This document shows positions 18,941 to 29,227 of a stretch of 64,000 nucleotides of DNA, piece by piece (positions within the stretch are counted from its first letter, which is position 1; each line of letters starts with the position of its first letter). Location: positions 2,577,501 to 2,641,500 of the forward strand of contig CP070677.1 of assembly GCA_020352495.1 (NCBI GenBank), given 5' to 3'. The notes beneath the pieces were generated by a model, which saw only the letters and a program-made list of their open reading frames with translations, did no database searches and was not told the DNA's origin. The position numbers were made by a program, and so were the translations under genes. The DNA comes from Candidatus Latescibacterota bacterium. GTDB lineage: Bacteria > Krumholzibacteriota > Krumholzibacteriia > WVZY01.

Positions 18941-21900
18941 TTACTTGCAGGGCAAGAACCGAACGGCCGTTTCCATTTCCTCGAGCACCTGTTCGAGCGC
19001 CGACAACGCCTCGTCGATGTCCTGCCCCGTAGTTTTGTGCGACATCGAAAACCTCACCGAACAGTGAGCATCCTCTTCGGATCGTCCCATGGCGATCAAC
19101 ACATGTGTCGGTTTTGGCGATCCCGACTTGCACGCAGACCCCGACGAGATCGAGACTCCGTGCTGATCGAGCGCCACGACCAGCGATTCGCCTCGAAGTC
19201 CCGGGAGAGTCATATTGAGCGTGTTGGGAAGCCTCTTCTCACGATGTCCGTTGAGTATCGCGTCGGGGACGAGTCGTTTGACGCCCTCCTCGAGACGATC
19301 CCTCAACAGTCTCATTTCTCCGGATTTGTTGACGTTTCTTAGCGCAAGCACGGCGGCCTCTCCCATCCCGACGATCGCCGGCACGTTCTCCGTCCCCGCT
19401 CGCAATCCACCCTCCTGCATTCCCCCGTGGAGAAGCGGCTCCAGCTTGATACCCTTTCTCACGTACAGGGCGCCAACACCCTTTGGCCCGTGGAACTTGT
19501 GACCGGAGAGGGTGAGCATATCGACGCCAAGCTCTTCCACGTCGATCTTTATTTTTCCAGCTGCCTGCACGGCATCGGTGTGAAACAACACGCCCTTGGA
19601 GTGAGCGATCCGGCACAACTCCTCGATTGGGAGAATCGTTCCAACTTCGTTATTGGCCATCATGACCGACACGAGAACCGTTCGCTCATTGATCGCCGAC
19701 TCGAGCGTACTCGGATCCAAACAACCCTCTTGATCCACCTCGAGATAGGTCACCTCATGACCGTGTCGCTCCAAAAACCCGCACGTTCCCAACACAGCCG
19801 GATGTTCAACCCGGGTCGTAACAACGTGATTCAGCTGGCCCCGATGAGCGAACGCCACGCCCTTGACCGCCAGATTGTCCGCTTCCGATCCCCCACCGGT
19901 GAACATGATTCTGCGTGGACGCGCGTTTATTAGCTGACCCACCTGTCGCCGCGCCCGATCGATTGCCTCCCTGGCGTCGCGCCCGGCTCCGTGGATGCTC
20001 GATGGGTTCCCGTGTTTTGTCTCCAAATATGGCAGCATCGCTTGCCGAACCTCGTCGGCCAACTCGGTGGTTGCGTTGTTGTCGAGGTATATCCGTGTAG
20101 CAGATTTCTTCCGTTGCCGCTGTCTCCCAACCGGACGTGAGCCGCCTCCCACTTTCGAATGTTCAAATGTTTTCTCTTTCGCCGGTCTTTTCTTTTTGCG
20201 AACCTGCGCACCGCCGCCGAGCTCGTTCACTCTCACGACATCGCAAAGAAGCGCTTTGTACACGGGAAACCCCGTTATCTCGTCGTAGTTGGTGATGTCG
20301 GTGAGCTCGTTGACATTCCGCTCCCGCCACTCCCGGGGCCCAGCGGGCGCCCCTCCACCCATGTTGCATTCGACGGCACCCTCCGTGATATACTCCGTCA
20401 CACGGGCACGAAATTTGACAGCCCCTCGGGGTGTCCGTACCTCGACAAGATCACCGTCTTCGATACCTCGTGATTCGGCGTCAGCGACGTTGATCTCCAC
20501 AAAGGGTTCGGGATTGTCCTTTACAAGACCATCGATCCCGTGATGCTGCGATCGAAAATCGGTATGCAGCCGCGCGCCGGAGTTGAAAACCAGCGGGAAA
20601 TCCGCAGCCAACTCCCTGTCGGCAACTGGTCCCTCGGTGGGCTCGGTGTATTTTGGCAACGGCTCGTATCCATACTCATCGAGAATCATCGAGTGGATTT
20701 CGAACTTGCCCGTTGGCGTATCGAATCCCGGTTTTCCGTCTTTTCGAAGTCTCCCCTTCTCCCATTTCTTGAACTCCATCATTGGTGTGTCGATCTTCAC
20801 CCATCCCCCCGCGTTTTCTACATCCTCGAGCGTATACCCCGAGCCTTCGAGCGCCGTTCGAATCATCTCTTCTTCGGACTGCGGGTAGAGGTGACCGTAC
20901 CCCAACCGGTCGGCCAGCCCCGCCATGATCAAGTAGTCGTTCCGCGCCTCCCCGACCGGCTCAATCAACTTCTCCCTCAAACGAAATAGCGGACCATATA
21001 CCATATATGAATCGATCTCGAACATTGTCGTCGCTGGAAGTACCACATCAGCGTAGCTGGCGTCCGCCGTGAGCTGGCGGTCTATGCAGACAAGATATTC
21101 GAGCCTGGAGAGCGTCTCACGCCAGAGAGGTGTCTGTGGCCATGACGTCATCAGAGACGCCCCGTGAACGATCAAGCCGCGGATGCGATACGGGTCGCTC
21201 TTGAGGACCGAGTCCACGAGTCCACTTGCGTGTGACTCGCCACGATAGTCGCTGTAAACCGGAAATCGTTGACGCGCGACGGCCAGGTCGATGTTTGGGT
21301 TCTTTTGATTACAGTTCCGGTTTATCGGGAAATGGGTACGGAGCATCGCAAGCCCGATCCCCCCGGGAACGTCCAACTGACCGGCGAGCGCAAAGAGTGT
21401 GAGAACAGCACGTATCGCTTGAACGCCGGTGTTGGAATACTCCAACCCCGTATACATAACCGGACAAGCCCCGGTGGCGTTGCAGATTCGGCGAGCCAAC
21501 TCACGCGTCGTGTCGGCCGGCACACCGGTGATCGATTCCACGACCTCGGGTGAGAAGTGTTGAACGTAACTCTTGAGTTCGTCGAAACCGTGACACCAGT
21601 TTTCGGCAAAATCTTCGTCATGGAGGTCCTCATCGATCATGACTTCGATGATCCCAAGAGCGAGCGCACCGTCGGTGCCCGGTCGGATCGGAACCCACTG
21701 CGCCCCCGTTCTTCGTGTCGTCTCACTCATTCGAGGATCGATGACAATGACGTCGGCGCTTCGGTTTGCCGCCGCTTCCAGACGGTGCATGTCGAGAGGT
21801 GGCGAGTCGGTGGCTGGGTTCGCGCCCCACACGACGAGCGTTTCCGCGTTCTCGATGTCTGTGAACATGTCGACGAGCATTCTTCCCATCGTCACATGCG

Positions 21901-22396
21901 GTGCGATCATGGCAAACGACACGTAACAGAGCGCACCGACACCCATCGTGTTGGGTGATCCAAAGGGGAACAGAACGTTTGACGCCGATGATACGGCCAC
22001 GCCCTTCGGTTGATACATGTCGCACAGCGACAGTTCGAATGCCCCTCGCCCCGTATAAATCGCCACCGCCTCGGGCCCTGATTCTTTTTTTATGTTCAAC
22101 AGCCGACGCGAAATTTCGTCGTACGCCTCATCCCATGTGAATCGTTCGAACTCGCGGGACGGTTTTGGACCGACACGCCTCAGGGGGTGTCTCAGTCGAT
22201 GCGTGGAATAGACAATCTCCGGGGCGTGTTCGCCACGTCTGCAAATCATCCCCAACGGATGACCCTTGTCCGCGCGGATGTCGATCATCTCCCCATCCCG
22301 GATGGCCACTTCAACCCAACACCCGGCCGGACAAATTCCGCAGATCCCCTTCTTCCATTCGGGGCTAACGGTTCTGTAATTGGCTTTCTTCGACAC
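18941..22396 (-). CDS. Fusion of molybdopterin (bis-PGD) oxidoreductase and IscS/NifS-type cysteine desulfurase
   Basis: N-terminal CGICPAGC...C 4Fe-4S motif, WGANP, ADVVLPAT, Mo-dinucleotide domain FVEIN..DA..RGI.DGD.V; then IYLDNNATT, HTDAVQAAGK, SGHKFHGPKG (PLP Lys), SSGSAC (catalytic Cys). Start uncertain (GTG 22396 or ATG 22414). Confidence 0.92.
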   Translation of the reverse strand: MSKKANYRTVSPEWKKGICGICPAGCWVEVAIRDGEMIDIRADKGHPLGMICRRGEHAPEIVYSTHRLRHPLRRVGPKPSREFERFTWDEAYDEISRRLLNIKKESGPEAVAIYTGRGAFELSLCDMYQPKGVAVSSASNVLFPFGSPNTMGVGALCYVSFAMIAPHVTMGRMLVDMFTDIENAETLVVWGANPATDSPPLDMHRLEAAANRSADVIVIDPRMSETTRRTGAQWVPIRPGTDGALALGIIEVMIDEDLHDEDFAENWCHGFDELKSYVQHFSPEVVESITGVPADTTRELARRICNATGACPVMYTGLEYSNTGVQAIRAVLTLFALAGQLDVPGGIGLAMLRTHFPINRNCNQKNPNIDLAVARQRFPVYSDYRGESHASGLVDSVLKSDPYRIRGLIVHGASLMTSWPQTPLWRETLSRLEYLVCIDRQLTADASYADVVLPATTMFEIDSYMVYGPLFRLREKLIEPVGEARNDYLIMAGLADRLGYGHLYPQSEEEMIRTALEGSGYTLEDVENAGGWVKIDTPMMEFKKWEKGRLRKDGKPGFDTPTGKFEIHSMILDEYGYEPLPKYTEPTEGPVADRELAADFPLVFNSGARLHTDFRSQHHGIDGLVKDNPEPFVEINVADAESRGIEDGDLVEVRTPRGAVKFRARVTEYITEGAVECNMGGGAPAGPREWRERNVNELTDITNYDEITGFPVYKALLCDVVRVNELGGGAQVRKKKRPAKEKTFEHSKVGGGSRPVGRQRQRKKSATRIYLDNNATTELADEVRQAMLPYLETKHGNPSSIHGAGRDAREAIDRARRQVGQLINARPRRIMFTGGGSEADNLAVKGVAFAHRGQLNHVVTTRVEHPAVLGTCGFLERHGHEVTYLEVDQEGCLDPSTLESAINERTVLVSVMMANNEVGTILPIEELCRIAHSKGVLFHTDAVQAAGKIKIDVEELGVDMLTLSGHKFHGPKGVGALYVRKGIKLEPLLHGGMQEGGLRAGTENVPAIVGMGEAAVLALRNVNKSGEMRLLRDRLEEGVKRLVPDAILNGHREKRLPNTLNMTLPGLRGESLVVALDQHGVSISSGSACKSGSPKPTHVLIAMGRSEEDAHCSVRFSMSHKTTGQDIDEALSALEQVLEEMETAVRFLPCK

Positions 22397-22486
22397 CTCG
22401 AATCGCCTCTCCATCTGGCCCGATCGGAGATGTTTCCGTCTCACAGACACGGCAAACGGATCCCCGCTTCGTGCGTTGTCGAAAGG

Positions 22487-22539
22487 ACAAAAGCAGAGCC
22501 CGGTCGTACAAGCCTGATCCGACTCGACAACCGGGCTCT
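22487..22539 (-). terminator. Probable terminator downstream of citrate synthase
   Basis: AGAGCCCGGT/ACCGGGCTCT arms followed by GCTTTTG on the minus strand; a second hairpin ACCGGTGG..CCACCGGT lies at 22570-22595. Confidence 0.55.
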
Positions 22540-22655
22540 ATTGAATCGCCATCGCGTTGGCGGTGCCCGACCGGTGGATCTTCATCACCACCGGTTTCAC
22601 ACACCGATTCACGTCCTGGTGCTGTCATCGGCAAATCGACGACAACTACTCAAGA

Positions 22656-23960
22656 CTACTTGCCTTTCGCGATGTCCTCGAGCATGGCAGTCGTCAAAGA
22701 CTTCGGCCGCTCGATCGGATAGCCAAGCGCTCGTGACCAGGTGAGGTTCGCCAGGGTCCCGATGGCGCGCCCGATGCCAAAGAGCACCGTGTAGAACGAG
22801 TAATCAGTGACACCGTAATACCACTGAATGACTCCGGACTGCGCGTCGACGTTTGGCCACGGATTCTTTGCTTTCCCCTGTTCCTGGAGTACGCCGGGTG
22901 CGACTTTGTAGATCATGCTGATCACCTTGAACAGCGGGTAATCCGGCAAGTTCTTCAGACAGAACTCACGCTGCGACGTATAGCGCGGGTCTGTCTTCCG
23001 GAGCACCGCGTGCCCGTAGCCCGGGATTACCTGTCCGCTGTTCAGCGTTTCCCACAGCGCGTCTTTGACCACGTCCTCCGTCGGCTCCTTGTCTCCGAGC
23101 TTCTCCATGAAGTTCTGCGTCCACCGCAGCACCTCCTCGTTCGCGAGACCGTGGAGCGGTCCGGCCAGACCATTGATCCCCGCCGACAGCGCGTAGTAGC
23201 AGTCGGACAGCGCGGACCCAACGAGGTGAATCGCGTGCGCCGAGACGTTCCCCGACTCGTGATCCGAGTGCAGGATGAAATACATACGCGCAACGTCGTC
23301 GTAGGGATGATCGATCCCCATCATGTGGGCGAAATTCCCGCCCAGGTCGAGTTTTGGATCCGGCGCGACGATGTCACCGTTCTTGAATTTGTGACGATAG
23401 ATGAACGCCCCGATGGTCGGCAGCTTCGCCATCAAATTGCAGCAGTCCTCGTACATCGGGTCCCAGAGCTCCATCTTGCTCAGCCCCTCGCGGTACTTCT
23501 TGGCAAAGACGGACTCGCGCTGCATCGACAGGATCGCCGTCGAGAACATCGTCATCGGGTGGGTGTCCGGAGACATCGCCCGAAGAACATCCCACACGTA
23601 TGATGGAACTTCGGAACGGGCCTTGAAGTCGGCAGCCACTTCCTGCGCCTGCTCGAGCGTCGGTACATCACCGGTCAAGATGAAATACCAAAAGCCCTCC
23701 ACGTACGGGTAGTCGCTACCCGGCACCTTTGGCAGTGCTTCGAAGGTCTCCGGTATTGTCTTGCCACGGAACCGGATCCCTTCCATCGGGTCCAGATACG
23801 AGGTGTCGGTCACCAGACACCTGACCCCACGGGCTCCGCCGATGACCTGGGCAATCGTCACATCGCTGACTTTGACATCCCCGTGCTCCTTGAGGAGCTT
23901 GGTCGTGCGAGGACGATGCTCGTCGATTTTTTGCGCCAGCACTTTCTTGAGCGTGGACAT
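22656..23960 (-). CDS. gltA: Citrate (Si)-synthase, eukaryote/Geobacter-type
   Basis: LHSDHESGNVSAH, GLAGPLHGLAN, PGYGHAVLRKTDPRY, KNPWPNVDA, PIERPKS. Confidence 0.95.
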   Translation of the reverse strand: MSTLKKVLAQKIDEHRPRTTKLLKEHGDVKVSDVTIAQVIGGARGVRCLVTDTSYLDPMEGIRFRGKTIPETFEALPKVPGSDYPYVEGFWYFILTGDVPTLEQAQEVAADFKARSEVPSYVWDVLRAMSPDTHPMTMFSTAILSMQRESVFAKKYREGLSKMELWDPMYEDCCNLMAKLPTIGAFIYRHKFKNGDIVAPDPKLDLGGNFAHMMGIDHPYDDVARMYFILHSDHESGNVSAHAIHLVGSALSDCYYALSAGINGLAGPLHGLANEEVLRWTQNFMEKLGDKEPTEDVVKDALWETLNSGQVIPGYGHAVLRKTDPRYTSQREFCLKNLPDYPLFKVISMIYKVAPGVLQEQGKAKNPWPNVDAQSGVIQWYYGVTDYSFYTVLFGIGRAIGTLANLTWSRALGYPIERPKSLTTAMLEDIAKGK

Positions 23961-24192
23961 GCTCACTCTCCCTTCGCTTGAGTTGACTCATCCCCGAGTC
24001 GCCGCCTCCGCGGCTTTTTTGCATCGGTGGATTCGTGCTGAGACCTACATAGGAAACACTTGTTTTGACTCACAAAGAGATGCCGTCCGTACCTTGCGCC
24101 CTGGTGATTTCGACTCGATTCTTCTGACTCCGGCCGCAACGCCGGTCCACAACACCTCTCGAACGAGAACTGGCGATCACGATTTTCTGGCA

Positions 24193-25758
24193 TCATTCGT
24201 TGATCTCCGACGTCAGCTTCTGTTTCGCCAGAATCTCGAGGGGAAAAGGTTCTTGCTCTAATTGCTCCTCTCTTTTGGGAAAAAACTTCTGCAGATCGGT
24301 CAGATGAACACCGATGTCCGGCGTCATACCCGTGTCGATCAGCTTACGCGCAATCCGTATGTATTCGTCGCGTACCATGTTGATGAACTTGTCTTTGCTC
24401 CGATCCTTCTCCGAAATACTCCTGAACTCGAAGTATTCCCGGGTGTTCTGCGGGGCTTTGAGAATCAGGGTGGGAGTCTTGTCTTCCTCCTCTTCCACCC
24501 GCCCCCGAAACGTGGCTTCGTAAAACATCGGGGATAGGTCTTCGTGTGTGATGTTCCAGTAGCGCTGGTATGGCCTGTGGGTGAAGAAGTCGATCTTGTC
24601 TTCTTCGGTCACGCCGATCGCAAAGATGCTACCTGGGAACTGTGAATCCGAGATCTCGTAGTCGGAGTACACCACTTCGCCGCACTTAGTGAGCTTGTCA
24701 TCTTCGACTGTGCCGACCTTCTTGGCATGCTCTGTCCGTTTTTGCGAACGCACCTCCTTGATCCCACGAAGAAGCTCCAGCTTCTCGCATTCCGGAGCGT
24801 GTTTCGCCGCTGCCTCGCCCTCTTTCTGGAACGGTAGAGAGATTGAAATCGTGGTCCCCTTGTCCACCTCGCTCTCGATCGAGAGCTCCCCCCCAAAATC
24901 CGCAACAGTCTGTCTGACAAAAACGAAACCGAGGGAATGGAGCTCTCCGTCGAGATTCTTCTTGTCGATCATAAGCTGCTGGATCTTCTCCGGTCCCATC
25001 CCCGACCCCGTATCCCGCACACGCAGAACGACCTTGTCGCCCTCGCGGTCGACACCGATGTTGAGGACACCCACCTTTCTGTGATTCATCGCATCCACCG
25101 CGTTCATGACTAGGTTGAAAAACATCCGGCGGAATCGATATCGATTGCCTTGAAGAATCGCCGAGTCCATGTTTTCGATTTGGATATCAACCCTCGCGCT
25201 CGATTTCTGGATAACGTATCCGTAGATGACGCTGCGGACAAAGTCCTGCAGTTCCTCGGCAATATCGAACTCCTCGGCGAGATCCTTGCTGCCCTTCTCC
25301 TCCATGAAATGCTGGATTCGATAGTACACACCGCAGATCCACCGAATACAGTTCAGGTATTGCGGACAGGATCGGACGCTTCTCGAATCCTTTGGCAGAA
25401 ACGACAACAGCTGGTCACTACGGCCCCATCTGGGGTTGAGGATCAGCTCGCATATGTCGTAGATTGTCTCGACGTACTTCTCACCCACCGCCAGAATCGT
25501 CCTGTCCGGAGAGAAGCTTTTTACCGCATTGCTGTACTCTTGAAGTATCTTCCGCTGACTGACCGCCTTGGCTTTGAGCTCTTGCAGATCCTCATCGTGA
25601 AGGGCCCGGGCCTGCTCGATGTTGTGGACTTCCAAATCGGTGTTGACCGTCACGTGAAAATGGATCACCTCGTTGATAAAGCTCTCCACCCGTAGATCAT
25701 GTATGAGGAACTTGATCTCCGCGACTTCCTTCTTTATGTCTTTCGTGTCCTTGACCAT
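24193..25758 (-). CDS. Soluble histidine-kinase-like protein (HATPase_c) with unknown C-terminal domain
   Basis: N box FFNLVMNAVDAM, G1 VRDTGSGM, GGELSIESEVDKGTT; possible H box IHDLR; no TM segment. Confidence 0.75.
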   Translation of the reverse strand: MVKDTKDIKKEVAEIKFLIHDLRVESFINEVIHFHVTVNTDLEVHNIEQARALHDEDLQELKAKAVSQRKILQEYSNAVKSFSPDRTILAVGEKYVETIYDICELILNPRWGRSDQLLSFLPKDSRSVRSCPQYLNCIRWICGVYYRIQHFMEEKGSKDLAEEFDIAEELQDFVRSVIYGYVIQKSSARVDIQIENMDSAILQGNRYRFRRMFFNLVMNAVDAMNHRKVGVLNIGVDREGDKVVLRVRDTGSGMGPEKIQQLMIDKKNLDGELHSLGFVFVRQTVADFGGELSIESEVDKGTTISISLPFQKEGEAAAKHAPECEKLELLRGIKEVRSQKRTEHAKKVGTVEDDKLTKCGEVVYSDYEISDSQFPGSIFAIGVTEEDKIDFFTHRPYQRYWNITHEDLSPMFYEATFRGRVEEEEDKTPTLILKAPQNTREYFEFRSISEKDRSKDKFINMVRDEYIRIARKLIDTGMTPDIGVHLTDLQKFFPKREEQLEQEPFPLEILAKQKLTSEINE

Positions 25759-26020
25759 GGCTCGACCAGTGACGTGAACCAACGCTCTTTTGGGAGTTTG
25801 TAACCTCTCACACCCGGCCCTTCCGCGCCCGATCGACAGTCGTGGGAACACCGAGGATTATACGAGTGTCTCGAGGGGTTGAGGATCGACACCTTCGGAG
25901 TCTGATGCACCTGCGCGCCTGGCGCTCCTGAGACTACCAGATTCCTGCTGGTCTCGCAAGCGATTGAGCGACACACGGGGTTTTAATGTGTCAACGTCGG
26001 CCGCGACCATCGCGGGCAGA

Positions 26021-27667
26021 TCAGACCCGTTTTGGGCCCGATTCGATGACCTCCCGCGAACATCCTTCCTCGAAAAGCTTGAAGTTCTCGATGAACCGTG
26101 CGACCAAGGCGTCGTATTTCTTCCAGTATTCCTTTTTGTCCCCCCACGAGCTGGCCGGCTCGAGGACGTCCTCTGGCACGTCGGGACAGGTCAGAGGCAC
26201 CTCAAAGCCAAACAGTCTATCCTTTCGATACTCAACGTTGTCCAGTTTCCCGGTGAGGGCGGCATCCAGAAGGTTCCTCGTGTGGCCGATGCTGATTCGT
26301 TTGCCGACTCCAAAACGTCCTCCCACCCATCCAGTGTTCACGAGCCAGCATTTTGCCTTGTGTTTGAGCATCCGTTCCTTGAGCATCTGAGCGTATTCGA
26401 ACGGATGTCTGACCATAAACGGAGCCCCAAAGCACGCACTAAAGGTGATCTCCGGCTCGATTCCAAGTCCGATTTCAGTTCCAGCAATCTTTGAAGTGTA
26501 GCCGCTAATAAAATGATATTGCGCCTGTTCCGGATTGAGGAGGGCGATCGGCGGCATCACCCCGGACGCGTCACACGTCAGAAAAATGATGTTCTTTGGG
26601 TGGGTGTGAACATAGCCCTCGGCAACCCCATTGGGGATGAATTCGATTGGGTACGAAGCTCTTGTGTTTTCGGTCAGTATGTCGTCGTCGAGATCGATTC
26701 TCCTGCTTACCGGGTCAAAAACCACATTCTCCAGAATCGTCCGGAACCGCTTGGTGGTTGCATAGATCTGCGGCTCGTGTTCCGCAGACAGACGTATCAC
26801 CTTTGCATAACAACCGCCCTCGAAATTGAACACTCCCTCTGCACTCCACCCATGTTCGTCGTCGCCGATCAAGCGTCTCTTGGGGTCGGCCGAGAGCGTG
26901 GTCTTCCCCGTTCCGCTGAGCCCAAAGAACAGCGCAACGTCCCCCCCGTCTCCCACGTTGGCCGAACAGTGCATCGGTAGGACATCATCGAATGTGAGAA
27001 GGAAGTTCAATACGGTAAAGACAGACTTCTTGATCTCCCCGCCATAGAGCGAGTTGCAGATGATCCCCACCCGTTGATCGAAATTCAGAATGATCGCGGT
27101 ATTGCTCCGCGTTCCGTCTATCTTGGGGTCGACCCTGAAACCGTCCAATGCGATCACCGTGAAGTCCGGTACAAATCGTTTGAGCGCGTCCTGATCGTCT
27201 ATGGTGATGAACATGTTTCGGGCAAAGAGACTGTGCCACGCCTTCTCCGTTATGATTCGAACGTTCAGCCGGTACTGAGGATCGGCCCCGGCATAACAGT
27301 CCTGCACAAAAAGCTCCTCGTCTTGACAATACGCCTGCATCCGCGACTGGAGGGCGTTGAACTTCTCACTGCCAAACGGCCGGTTGTATACTCCCCACCA
27401 GACTTTGTCTTCGGTCGACTGCTCTCTCACGACATACTTATCCGCAGCGGCACGCGCCGTGTGTCTCCCGGTATTTACGAGAATCGGACCTTCGTGCGCA
27501 ATCCTTCCCTCGTTACGAAACACGATCTCTTCGTAAAGAGCCGGATCGGGCAGATTCCAGTAGACCTGATAAAGATGGTCGAGCCCGTGATTATTTAGCT
27601 TGTAGTCCGAAGCGAGTACTTCCGCTTCTTTCATCGCAGGAGTTTTGAATTTCAAATATTTGCTCAT
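26021..27667 (-). CDS. pckA: Phosphoenolpyruvate carboxykinase (ATP)
   Basis: YGGEIKKS, PMHCSAN, FFGLSGTGKTTLS, LIGDDEHGW, NFEGGCYAK, ENTRASYP. Confidence 0.96.
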   Translation of the reverse strand: MSKYLKFKTPAMKEAEVLASDYKLNNHGLDHLYQVYWNLPDPALYEEIVFRNEGRIAHEGPILVNTGRHTARAAADKYVVREQSTEDKVWWGVYNRPFGSEKFNALQSRMQAYCQDEELFVQDCYAGADPQYRLNVRIITEKAWHSLFARNMFITIDDQDALKRFVPDFTVIALDGFRVDPKIDGTRSNTAIILNFDQRVGIICNSLYGGEIKKSVFTVLNFLLTFDDVLPMHCSANVGDGGDVALFFGLSGTGKTTLSADPKRRLIGDDEHGWSAEGVFNFEGGCYAKVIRLSAEHEPQIYATTKRFRTILENVVFDPVSRRIDLDDDILTENTRASYPIEFIPNGVAEGYVHTHPKNIIFLTCDASGVMPPIALLNPEQAQYHFISGYTSKIAGTEIGLGIEPEITFSACFGAPFMVRHPFEYAQMLKERMLKHKAKCWLVNTGWVGGRFGVGKRISIGHTRNLLDAALTGKLDNVEYRKDRLFGFEVPLTCPDVPEDVLEPASSWGDKKEYWKKYDALVARFIENFKLFEEGCSREVIESGPKRV

Positions 27668-28881
27668 GTCCAATCCCTCACCAGCTTGCGGTCGCCAATG
27701 TACAGCTCGTTTGGCGAATTCGGATCCAACGCCCACTTCATTCGTTCGATTCCTTCAGTAATGTCTTTAATCGCGCCGCAGTAGCTCAACCGGAGATACC
27801 CATCCAGGCCAAACTCGGCTCCCGGCACCGTTAGCACCTGAACCTTGTCGATCAAATACTCCGACAACTTGTTCGAGTTTTTCTCGTACGCACTGAAGTC
27901 CGCAAAACAGTAGAAGGTACCGTCGGGTTTTGTGACCTTCACTCCCTCGAAGGAGTTGAGTCGCTCCATCATTACGTTCCGGTTGTTTTCGAGTGTGACT
28001 CGAAGGTTCTCCACGCTCGATTGAATACCGTTCAAGGCGCCAACCGCGGCCATCTGCAACAAGACAGATGGACCCGATGTCTGATGACCCTGAATATTGG
28101 TCATCACCTCGATGAGCTTCTTGGCAGCCACAGCCCAGCCAATTCTAAACCCTGTCATCGCGTACTGTTTGGAAACGCCGTTGACGAGAATGAGCTTCGA
28201 CTCATCAAGAGGCTTCTTTGTGTAATCGAATGGGTTGATAGGTTTTCGTCCGTCGAAAATCAGACGGTGATAGATGTCATCCATAATCAGATATAGATCC
28301 CGCTTCTCGCAAAATGCCACGACATCCGCGATAAACTCTTCCGAATACATCGCGCCGCTTGGATTGTTCGGGCTGTTGATGATCACGGCCTTGGTGTATG
28401 ACCCCACGCGCTGCTCGATGTCCAGAAGCCGGGGATAAAACGTCCCGTCCTCGGGGAGCGCGGCCACTCCAATCGCGCCACAGAGTTTTGCCATATCCGG
28501 ATAACTCACCCAGTAGGGCGCGGGATAGATGACCTCCTCTTGCGGATTGAGAACGGTCTGTAACGCGACCATCTCCGCCTGTTTTGCCCCGCCGGATGCC
28601 ATGACGTTTTCCGGTGCCACCAGACGATGGTAGAATTCCTCGGTGTACCGGATGATGGCCTTCTTCAGGGCGGGGATCCCATCGGCGGGCGTGTATCTTA
28701 TTTCGCCGGAGTTGAGAAGCCCCGTCGTCGCGAGAACCGCGTCCACCGGGGCCCTGCTTTTCGGCTCGCCTCCACCGAGATGAATCACCGGATCCCCCTT
28801 TTCGCGAAGGATTGCCGCCTTCTCGTTGAGGGCAAGCGTGGGGGAGGCGTGGATCGTCTTGGCAATTTCACTCAAACTCAT
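27664..28881 (-). CDS. aspC: Class I PLP-dependent (aspartate) aminotransferase
   Basis: NSPNNPSG, DDIYHRL, NGVSKQYAMTGFRIGW, YLRLSY; ATGA overlap with pckA. Confidence 0.9.
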   Translation of the reverse strand: MSLSEIAKTIHASPTLALNEKAAILREKGDPVIHLGGGEPKSRAPVDAVLATTGLLNSGEIRYTPADGIPALKKAIIRYTEEFYHRLVAPENVMASGGAKQAEMVALQTVLNPQEEVIYPAPYWVSYPDMAKLCGAIGVAALPEDGTFYPRLLDIEQRVGSYTKAVIINSPNNPSGAMYSEEFIADVVAFCEKRDLYLIMDDIYHRLIFDGRKPINPFDYTKKPLDESKLILVNGVSKQYAMTGFRIGWAVAAKKLIEVMTNIQGHQTSGPSVLLQMAAVGALNGIQSSVENLRVTLENNRNVMMERLNSFEGVKVTKPDGTFYCFADFSAYEKNSNKLSEYLIDKVQVLTVPGAEFGLDGYLRLSYCGAIKDITEGIERMKWALDPNSPNELYIGDRKLVRDWT

Positions 28882-29068
28882 AATCGGACCTCTGTGTGGA
28901 TAACAATCGAATCTGACCAAATATGTGTGTTCAGCTTTCGATAACGGATAGAATACTCTAGCTTATTTCCAATCCCGTATTCGTTCAACTGCTTTTTTTT
29001 CGGGGTCTACGGGCACTCCCCGGGCGAGTCGGCATGACCGACCTCGACCCATCCCGGTTGATCACAAC

Positions 29069-29108
29069 CAGATCGACGCCCGGGGTCCTTACCCCGGGCG
29101 TCGATCTG
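29069..29108. repeat. Perfect 18-bp inverted repeat (hairpin) downstream of the tricorn gene
   Basis: CAGATCGACGCCCGGGGT-CCTT-ACCCCGGGCGTCGATCTG. Confidence 0.85.
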
Positions 29109-29227
29109 AACCCGCTCGCTCACCGGTCACAGGACGCGTCCGTTGTGCGTCCGCCCATCGGCTCCACCACGCGCCGGCAAGACGCCGTGGCCAACTCACC
29201 ACCGCACTGACTCAACCGCCGTACAAC

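Noticed and set aside
22397..22655. Moco riboswitch upstream of the Mo-IscS fusion (also sought upstream of 36112)
   Set aside because: Hairpins are present, but the GCCUCC...GAAAGG core is not; read as the gltA terminator region
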